Assembly: GCA_964550325.1 (NCBI GenBank)
Contig: CAZJYT010000001.1
Span: 1-47,524 of the forward strand
DNA: 47,524 nt
Source of the DNA: an uncultured Candidatus Saccharibacteria bacterium
GTDB taxonomy: Bacteria; Patescibacteriota; Minisyncoccia; Minisyncoccales; CAZJYT01
Direction: 5' to 3'
In this document: in pieces, positions 7,522 through 15,500 of the stretch
Layout of the letters: every line of letters starts with the position of its first letter
Numbering within the stretch: position 1 is the stretch's first letter
Position numbers and translations under genes: made by a program
The notes under the pieces: generated by a model
What the model was told of the DNA's origin: nothing
Databases searched by the model: none
What the model saw: the letters and a program-made list of their open reading frames with translations, nothing else

Positions 7522-7954
7522 AGATAATCTGAAGAAGATGATAAAAGAACTCTATAGGAAGAAGATGGAATTAAAAGGAGAAAGAGGTAAGTTTACTGCC
7601 TTTAGAAAGGAATTTGCTAAAAAGTTTAATCTTTGTGATGAATGGTTAAGAAAGCATTTAGAGGATTATGAGTTTTTTGTTATCAAATTGAAGGTTCCAG
7701 AAGAAACCTTTTTCTCTATTGGACGCTTGAGATGGCATCTTATTAAACCCTATGCTACAGAGAAAAATCTTTCAAAACTTATTAAACTTATCACCACTCT
7801 TCCTTATCGCAAGGTAAGAAAACAGCTCCGAACCCTAAAACAAGAAGGTTGTGCTCATACTTTTGAACTTGTTAAGTTCTGCCCCAGATGTAAAAAGATT
7901 TTTAGGCTTTCTCCAGAAGAAGTAGAAAGAATTAGAAAAGGTTTTCCTCTTTAA
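7487..7954 (+). CDS. putative DNA-binding protein with C-terminal zinc ribbon (paralog of 1582-2073)
   Basis: 155 aa. LPYRKVRKQLRTLKQEGCAHTFELVKFCPRCKKIF aligns with the C-terminus of ORF 1582-2073. Last gene of the + block. Confidence 0.5.
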   Translation: MENLNKLAKAYKDNLKKMIKELYRKKMELKGERGKFTAFRKEFAKKFNLCDEWLRKHLEDYEFFVIKLKVPEETFFSIGRLRWHLIKPYATEKNLSKLIKLITTLPYRKVRKQLRTLKQEGCAHTFELVKFCPRCKKIFRLSPEEVERIRKGFPL

Positions 7955-7973
7955 TGTGCAACATATTGCACAT
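7954..7973 (+). promoter_or_regulatory. conserved stem-loop element, copy 2 (ATGTGCAA-CATA-TTGCACAT)
   Basis: Perfect 8-bp stem and 4-nt loop. Its first base is the last base of stop codon TAA 7952-7954. Sits at the convergent junction of the + and - blocks. Confidence 0.65.
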
Positions 7974-7988
7974 AGATACCTTTTTCAA

Positions 7989-8073
7989 CCCCAATCCGCC
8001 GAGGTTTTAGGCCTTCAAAACCCCAATCTAATGGGCTTTTTTAGACCTAATATCCTTTAGAGGTATAAAACAT
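7989..8073 (+). repeat. 85-nt repeat, copy B (orphan: no + gene follows; the ATG of copy A is ATC here)
   Basis: 73/85 identity to 665-749. Lies between convergent gene ends and points into the 3' end of minus-strand gene 8078-9961. Confidence 0.85.
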
Positions 8074-8077
8074 CATC

Positions 8078-9961
8078 TCAATCCATTTCCTGTTCAATTT
8101 CCATCTTCTTTGCCTCTTTTAGAGAAACAGGTTCCAGTTTCTTCTTTCCCAAAGCAATCTTCTTCATTAAACTTAAAGGAAAGCACTTTTTAGCCTTCCA
8201 GAAGTAAAAGAACAAGCCATAAACAGGTTTTCCTGCTTCTCTTTGCTTTTTAGTCATTTCATTCTTATTTAGTTTCCTTTGAACCAATCTATAGTAGTAT
8301 CTTCCATTTAGATGTTTTCCCAAAAAGGTAATGTCATAGAAATCCAGTTCCCTCCTATGAATAACACAAGGAGCAAAGTAATCTCCAGGTAAGGCAAGCA
8401 TAACTGCCATCTCATTTTTGGTTGGATTTCCTCTTTCTCCAGGTTTAGCCCAAAGTTTCTTCACCTTCATCCAATACAAAACATCTCTCCTTTCCCAAAT
8501 CCTTTCCCCTTGTGTTGCTTCAAAGTGTTTTAAAAGGAATTCTTTTAATTTTTGCCCTTTAGGATGAAGAACTTGATAACCTTTGACTGATTGTCCTGAA
8601 ATACAGTAAATTCCATTTCTTCTAACAATTATTAAACCAGTTGGGACTGTGACAGAATAGAGTTTTCCTTTATAGAGTTCAATACTCCAATGTTTAGGTC
8701 TGACTTTTGGATACAGCCCTTTCTTTTGGGCAAAAAATAAACGGTATATTAAAGAGCCTTTTCCTGAAATTCCAGAAGAGATAGTTACCGAGTAACCAGC
8801 CAAAATTCCAATTATTTGGAGTTGGTCTCTCAAAACTTTTGAAGAGGTGTAAATTGTAAAGCCGCTACTCTTTTTATTTGGAGTCCCATCTCCCATTCTG
8901 TATCCTTTTAAGAAACTTTGAAGACTCTTTCTATCGGCTTTGAATACATAATCAGGAATAACTTTCTTTCCTTTTCCTTTTAGTTTATATTTCTTAAATT
9001 CTAAAGCCAATTTTTTGTCTCTGATTACAAAAACTCTTACCTTGTCTTTGTTTTCATACTCTTTTAGATTTGAAAAATTTTGTTTCTTTAATAACTTTCT
9101 TGCATAATCAATCTTAGTTTTTTGAGATATCTGTAATCTGTAACCATCTCTAGAATTCGCGTACACACCTCCTTCCGCAAACCAAAAACCGAGAAATTCA
9201 AACCAATCTGGATTTTCTTTTTTCCCTTTCCATTTAATCTCTCTCTTAAAATGTCCAACTTTTCCAAAGGCTTCAGCCGCTGAAAGAATTTTAAACCTTT
9301 TTTGATTTGAGGGATTCCAACGCCTTTTTCCGTCTTTAGAATAGACCCAATATCTTGGAGAAAAATACAAACGATGTGAAGGATTTACTAACAAATCTAC
9401 GTGTCTGTGCTTTATCCTAATAAGTTCTCCATTGTTTTCATAAACAATAATATCAAGAGGTTTTACATAGGAAAGAAATCCATCCTTAGAAACCTGAGCA
9501 ACTTTATCTTCTTTTGAAAGATCTTTAAAATATTTCCAACCTTTTTCAGTCAGTATTTCAGTTTTTTCATCAAAACAACCCTGGACCTTTCTATCTGGTC
9601 TCCCTTTCCATGGTGCAGTAAAGAAGGTCAACCCAAACCATGTAGTTGCTCCTTTAGGAAGAATTCTTAAATCATAGTGATACTTTCCCTCCATTTCCTT
9701 TGCTGGATCTTTACCTTCTTTTATGATTTTACACATTTCCTCATAAACCTCATCTACATTCTTAAATGTTCCTACTGGAAACCATCCATGTAGTTGTAGA
9801 GTGTATCTTCCAGGTATAAAGTCTATAAATTCAGCATGGAAAGGATCTTTTAGAGCAATCTTTAAAGCCTCCTGCAAAAGAGCAGACTTGGAAGGAATAT
9901 CAGTTCCTTCATAGACCTTGTATCCCTTCTTTGTAGGAACAAGTTTAAGTCTTTTTGCCAT
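8078..9961 (-). CDS. intein-containing protein; spliced extein ~298 aa of uncertain function (HYDLR motif faintly LigD-phosphoesterase-like)
   Basis: 627-aa ORF. Extein residues 1-128 and 458-627 flank a 329-aa Hint+LAGLIDADG insert. Extein has YTLQLHGW...KYHYDLRILPKG. Confidence 0.6.
   Translation of the reverse strand: MAKRLKLVPTKKGYKVYEGTDIPSKSALLQEALKIALKDPFHAEFIDFIPGRYTLQLHGWFPVGTFKNVDEVYEEMCKIIKEGKDPAKEMEGKYHYDLRILPKGATTWFGLTFFTAPWKGRPDRKVQGCFDEKTEILTEKGWKYFKDLSKEDKVAQVSKDGFLSYVKPLDIIVYENNGELIRIKHRHVDLLVNPSHRLYFSPRYWVYSKDGKRRWNPSNQKRFKILSAAEAFGKVGHFKREIKWKGKKENPDWFEFLGFWFAEGGVYANSRDGYRLQISQKTKIDYARKLLKKQNFSNLKEYENKDKVRVFVIRDKKLALEFKKYKLKGKGKKVIPDYVFKADRKSLQSFLKGYRMGDGTPNKKSSGFTIYTSSKVLRDQLQIIGILAGYSVTISSGISGKGSLIYRLFFAQKKGLYPKVRPKHWSIELYKGKLYSVTVPTGLIIVRRNGIYCISGQSVKGYQVLHPKGQKLKEFLLKHFEATQGERIWERRDVLYWMKVKKLWAKPGERGNPTKNEMAVMLALPGDYFAPCVIHRRELDFYDITFLGKHLNGRYYYRLVQRKLNKNEMTKKQREAGKPVYGLFFYFWKAKKCFPLSLMKKIALGKKKLEPVSLKEAKKMEIEQEMD
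8591..9577 (-). mobile_element. intein with LAGLIDADG homing-endonuclease domain (aa 129-457)
   Basis: Block A CFDEKTEILT (Cys1 codon verified at 9575-9577), block B LLVNPSHRLY, LAGLIDADG motifs FLGFWFAEGG and FLKGYRMGDG, block F/G LIIVRRNGIYCISGQ followed by Ser+1 (codons verified at 8588-8593). Confidence 0.8.
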
Positions 9962-9962
9962 A

Positions 9963-12545
9963 TCACACCTCTATAAGAACTACATTAATAAATCCCGTAT
10001 CAGGAAGATAGGTAAGTCTTGGATAGTTAGAGCGAAACATTACGCTATGAACATCAGTTCCTAAATAGAACTCTCTTTCATTTGTTGAAATCTCAATTCC
10101 CAAAACAGGAACAAGGTCTTCTGCACTTCTATCCTTATAAGCAGAATTGCTTACTTTAGCAGAAACCTTATTCCCAGTTTCAGAGGTAATAAGACTACAG
10201 AGTTGTTCAAGAGTTCTATCTTCAGTTGAGATTGTCTTTTCAGTCCCATTCATGTTTATCTTAATACAGAGATTTGTCCTATCTATGGTTACCTTACACT
10301 TTCCACTTCCAAAATAGGCAAGTTTTATCCCTGGAAGGTTTATGTTTCTGAATCCTACAAAGTTCAAAGCCTTTTGAGAAGAAGCAGCATTAAAAAGATC
10401 TTGCCAGATTTCTCTTAATTCCTTTCCTTCGTATCTAAAGGAAGTAGATTGAGTTAAACTTTCAGATGTTTCTGAATCATAAACACTTCCATCTCTCTTT
10501 TCAGCAATAGTCCCTAAAATAGTAAAGTGAAACTCTTTCTTTCCAGTTTTAGAAGACTCTAAAATGTATGTCCAAGTCAAATCACTTACCAATGGAGTAT
10601 TACTTCCATCTTCGCTCTCTAAAACTATTCCTATCTGAAAACTTGTATCTTTTACTGGATTTTCTAAATCAAACCTCGTATCTTCTCCAGGAGAGAATTC
10701 TTTTTCATATAAAGGAGTAAGTTCTTTAGAAGGTCTATAATATCTCAGTTTTATCTTTGTTCCTTGAGGAAAATCTTCTTGAAAACTCTCAATAGATTTA
10801 ACAAGTTTATTCACCTTTCTCATTCCAGCATCAAAACGAGAAGTAATAAGATAGCCACTTGAGATATATTTGTTTTCATTTCTCTTATAGAACTGTCCAT
10901 TGGTATCAACTACATAAAGATTATCCAAATAGGCAAAGATGTAACTGGGGGTAAAGGAGAGTTTTTGAACCAAAGACCATTGCATAGGAAACTTCTTATA
11001 ATCCATATTGCATCTTGCCAAATACCAGTCTGTTTCATCTTTTACCAAAGCAAAGATATCAGTTCCTCTGGTAGCAATCCCCTTACAAGAGGTAAACTTA
11101 AAGAAGGGATTAAGTTTATGGATGTTAGTAGGATAGATGTTGTATCCACTTACAAAGAAAATTCCCAGTTTCTCAACAGAGAAAATGAGAAAAGAAGAAA
11201 ATCTATCATTTTTAAAGTTATTGATTGAGGTCTCGCTACTGAAATCAGCAATCTTAACTCCTAATCCTCCACTTAAAAGAGTAAAAAGAGAACGAGAAGT
11301 AGCAAAGAATATTTGATTATAGGTCTTTGCTGCTCTTATGATCTGTCCCTCTGATTCAGGTAAGGCATAAAGGAATCCTGTTTCAGGCAAAAAGTTTTCT
11401 CCATCATCAGTTCTCTTTAGTCCTTTATCAAAGAATCCATACCCTAAATCTCCAGCATCAACCTCTAAAAAAGAAAGTCCTGTGCTTTCTCCTTTAACAA
11501 TAACGGAATCAACATACATTGTTCCTGTTCCTGAACTATTGGTATTTAAAATCCTTATCTCCTTTATAGCAGAAAAGATGATAGAGGTTATTCCTCCTCC
11601 TGTTATTTCTACATCATCTATCCAAACCTGGAACTTATGGCTTGTTCCATCCCAACTTACCTTAATCTTATACCAGGTATCAGCAGTATAGGTCTTATCT
11701 GTAGGAAAGTTTTTATAACTTCCATCATAATACTTAAAATGCCCATCATTAGCAGCAACAATAAAATAAAGAGAAACATTATCAGAAGACAGAGGAATAA
11801 AGGGATAATGCCATTTGTTTGTTTCTCCAAATCTAAAGTATCCTTCAAAACTTCCTTTATTAGACAAAGCAATCTTCTTTTTAAGATAATAAGGAGCTCC
11901 TGAAGCCTTTGCTGCATATTGCCCCTCATAAACAACAGAACCCTGAACTTGCCAGCCTTCCTTTGCATCCCATTTGTTTAGATTTCCATCTTCAAAGTCA
12001 TCCTCAAATTCAATTTCCAGAAAGGTTATATCAGTTTCTGTATAGTTTCCCTCTTTTTTAGTTCTCTTTAGAAGTTTTGAAGTTCCTCTACAGGCATATT
12101 GGTTTCCTCTCATCTCATAGAAGTCAGTAATTCCTGTAAATCCTGTTCCTAAAGAGGTAAGAGAAGAACCATCCCAAAGATAGATATCTCCATCTTCAGT
12201 AGCAATATGAATGCCATCAGAGAGTTGTTTTGCTACTCTAACAGAACTTCCTACTGAAATTCCTTCCAGTTTCTCTAAAGGTCTTTCCAGTTTCAGTTCT
12301 CTGGGAATGGTAATATCCAATCCCACTCCAAAGGCATATTCAGAAGGCCTTTCTAAATAGAGTTGTCCAAATCCATCAGAGAATTCTTGTTGTCCATTTG
12401 TTTGCCAGAAGTCTAAATCAGAATAGGCCAGTCTTCCAGTAGCAAATCTGGTCCCAAACAAAGGTGCTGGGGTCTCTCTATAACTGTTCTTATCTATCAT
12501 ATACCCCTTATAATCCAAAAGAATGTCGTATCTTTGATTATCCAT
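9963..12545 (-). CDS. large virion (tail/nozzle/receptor-binding candidate) protein with inserted LamG/ConA-like lectin domain
   Basis: 860 aa. aa ~178-352 (11490-12014): FEDDFEDGNLNKWD...YAAKASG...WYKIKVSWDG...FQVWIDD...MYVDSVIV is typical of Laminin_G_3 jelly rolls. Flanks look beta-rich. Confidence 0.5.
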   Translation of the reverse strand: MDNQRYDILLDYKGYMIDKNSYRETPAPLFGTRFATGRLAYSDLDFWQTNGQQEFSDGFGQLYLERPSEYAFGVGLDITIPRELKLERPLEKLEGISVGSSVRVAKQLSDGIHIATEDGDIYLWDGSSLTSLGTGFTGITDFYEMRGNQYACRGTSKLLKRTKKEGNYTETDITFLEIEFEDDFEDGNLNKWDAKEGWQVQGSVVYEGQYAAKASGAPYYLKKKIALSNKGSFEGYFRFGETNKWHYPFIPLSSDNVSLYFIVAANDGHFKYYDGSYKNFPTDKTYTADTWYKIKVSWDGTSHKFQVWIDDVEITGGGITSIIFSAIKEIRILNTNSSGTGTMYVDSVIVKGESTGLSFLEVDAGDLGYGFFDKGLKRTDDGENFLPETGFLYALPESEGQIIRAAKTYNQIFFATSRSLFTLLSGGLGVKIADFSSETSINNFKNDRFSSFLIFSVEKLGIFFVSGYNIYPTNIHKLNPFFKFTSCKGIATRGTDIFALVKDETDWYLARCNMDYKKFPMQWSLVQKLSFTPSYIFAYLDNLYVVDTNGQFYKRNENKYISSGYLITSRFDAGMRKVNKLVKSIESFQEDFPQGTKIKLRYYRPSKELTPLYEKEFSPGEDTRFDLENPVKDTSFQIGIVLESEDGSNTPLVSDLTWTYILESSKTGKKEFHFTILGTIAEKRDGSVYDSETSESLTQSTSFRYEGKELREIWQDLFNAASSQKALNFVGFRNINLPGIKLAYFGSGKCKVTIDRTNLCIKINMNGTEKTISTEDRTLEQLCSLITSETGNKVSAKVSNSAYKDRSAEDLVPVLGIEISTNEREFYLGTDVHSVMFRSNYPRLTYLPDTGFINVVLIEV

Positions 12546-15500
12546 ATTTCTTCTTTATTTCTTCGATTATCTTTTTCATCTTGGTTTTTCTCCAAATAGC
12601 AAATTTAGGTAACCATTTCTTCCATTCTTCTAATGTCCCCCCAGAAGCAAGGTAGATTTCTTTAGCCAAAGCCAAAGTATCTGGTTTTCCAATAAGAACT
12701 GTGGTTTGAGTCTTTGAAGGAACCTTAAGGTATTTTGCTTTCTGGCTTTTAGGTCTTGGAGCATACCACCCTATAGAACCATCAGGTCTGATAGTAATGT
12801 GTTGAACATTTACCCTTATAACATCTCCTGGTTTTGCTTTTACCTCTTCTTGAGCGTATGTCTGTCCAATATAGGTTCCATCTCCTAAAACACAATGGAA
12901 GATAGGTAATCCTGTTTTTGTTCTCTCAACTCCTATGACTTTAGCATCAATGTCATAGAGTTTCTTAAATTTGAAAGATAGATGGGTAGCCCAGTAAGAA
13001 GCCTCTGTAGATCTGATAAAGGCTCCTTCATTAGACTGCATTTTCTTTATAGCATCAGGAATCTGATTTCTCTTTACTACCACAGAAGGAGTTTTAAAGA
13101 CATATTTGGATTTTAGGTTCTTTAAGAGTTTGCCTAAAAGGAAACTTCTATCACTGAAGGGTTTATTTGATAAGTCTTCTCCATCTAAATAGAGTAAATC
13201 CCAAACAGGAAATCTTACGCTTTCCAATTCTTCTTTAGTGGGTTTCTTTTTAGAATGGAGATAACCTACAAGGTTTTGTCTTGGTATCTTTTCAGCAATG
13301 ATTTCTCCCACTATTAGAAAGTCGTGTCTTACCTTTGATAAGGTTTTCACTATCGGCTCTATTCTTGAGTTAGAAATCTTTCCTCCTGTTTCTGAAAAGA
13401 ATCTAATGTCTTTTCCTTTCTTCCAGCAGTAAGCAAGCATCCCATCCCACTTGGGACTAACATCATAGGTTCCTTCAGGAACAATCTCTTTTAGTCTCTC
13501 AATACTAAAGACCTCATTGGAAGACAGAGCCTTTTTTTCAGGTTTATGAGGAGGAGGAACCACAAAAGGCTTTATTTTTATCTTTTTTAAATCTCCTTCT
13601 TGAATTGAAGCCTCTCCTGTAACTTTTATTAGTTCTTCTTTAAGTTCCTCAATCAATTTCTTATTTTTATCTTCTCCTTTTTGGAAGGTTTGAACTCCTT
13701 TTTTAAGTTTGTATTCAATAGATTTTGGGAATGGATAGAAGGTAAAGAGATAGTAATAGAGAGTTCTTTGAGGAAATCCTTTCCACCATCTCTTTGCCTC
13801 TTTTCTTGAAACCCTGTGCCATTTCTGTGTCTTATCAAAGTCTAAATTCCTGAATATAGCCTCTATCTTAATTAAACCATAAACCTTATCTCCTGCTAAT
13901 CTGAATATCTTTCCCACAATGTCAAACTTTTTGCTTTTTACAATCAAAAGTTTATCTCCTTTTAGAATCATTTTAGCGTGAGGTTCTACAAGGTAAAGAA
14001 TAGGAAGGTTTTCATAAACAGATTTGTAGGGAATAGTTTTTCTGTATTTTAAAGTAAGACGAATAAGATTTTGTATCTCTTTCAGTTTTTCTTCTTTAGA
14101 AGAAGCCAAGGTTTCCTCTTCTTTCTTCTTCTCTTCTACTAGTTTTCTTATTCTTACCAAATCAGAGTAATCTGCCAAAGCAAAGGAAACCCTTACCACA
14201 TCCTTTGGTAAAACTCTTACTTCTATTTTCCCTTCAGGAGTTTTAACCAGTTCGTAAATATCAGTTTGAGATTTAACTCTCTTTTCAATTTGAGAAATAA
14301 TGTCTTCTCCTTTTATTTCCTGTGCATATTTTTCTTTAAGTTCCAATTCTTGTCTTAACATCTCCTCTCTTTCTTTCTCTATTTCTCTTATCAAGGTATT
14401 TACTCTCTCCTCTCCAAGTTCTCTTAAGGCTCTCCTTTTAGAAAGCAACCCTCCTTTGTATTTTCTTAAGACCAATGCTGATAGCTTCTCTGGATCTTCA
14501 TTACTAAATCCAATAAACTTCTCTTTTGGTCTAAAGATTGCCTTATTAAAGTATTCTGAAATGGTTTTGCCATCAAAGGCAAGTTTATTCTCTTTTAGGA
14601 ACTTATTTAGGTAATACTCATCTATTTCTTCAAAGAATCTCAATAAAAGATTTGCTTTTGACTTTATTCTCCTTAAGGCTCCAGAGAAAACCAAACTCAT
14701 TGCTCCTTTTTCTCTTACAGAGCCTCCTTTTCCTAAAAAGTAATCTAAAATCCCTATATGCTTTTGAATTTCAAGGTCTTGATCTTGAATAAGTTTTAGT
14801 TCTTCTACTGGAATTTCTGGAGGTTTAATAACATCTATATTCCCATCTCTACTCTTTTCCAAAACAATGTTTCGAAAGTTCTCTCTTAAGGCAAAGTTTA
14901 AAAGATCCTGATTTATCCTTGCTTCTTTATCTATGGTTATTATTCCAGAACACATTCTCTTAAAGTGGTTGCTTAAAAACTCTTTAAATTCCTGATTCTC
15001 TTTAAGTGTAGGATAGATTTTCAAAACAAGAGGAATAGGATAAAATGTTTCCAATGTCTCTCTATCAGCACAAACCCTAAATGGGTAATCTCCATCAAAA
15101 GGAAACTCTTTTACAATCTCATTTAGTCCTTTAGGAATCCAGTATTTCTTTCTATCATCCTTGGAATAAACAACAAAAACACAAATCTCATCATCAGGCT
15201 TGTAATAACTTAAAATTCTGTTTTGTTTGTCTTTTTCTAAAAGAGAAGCGAATTTAGAAGCAGTAAGATAGGTTTTTCTTACTACAAAAGGCTGTTTTTC
15301 TAAAAAAGGTTCTTTTGGATGTCCTACAAAGAATTCAGAGGGTTTTATTATCTCATATTTGTCTTTATTAAGGTAAGCAACAACTAATCCCTCAGTAAGG
15401 AGATTTATAGTCAGGTTCTTTATAAGAGAGTCTTTTTTTGATTTATGATGTATTTCCTTTAAGCGGAGTTCTAAAAACTCGGCAAAAGAGAGATAGGGTT

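Noticed and set aside
665-8073. The 85-nt direct repeats as prophage attL/attR
   Set aside because: No integrase or excisionase is present. Phage genes continue on both sides of both copies, and a third related copy lies inside the virion block. A regulatory or recombination-module role is more plausible.
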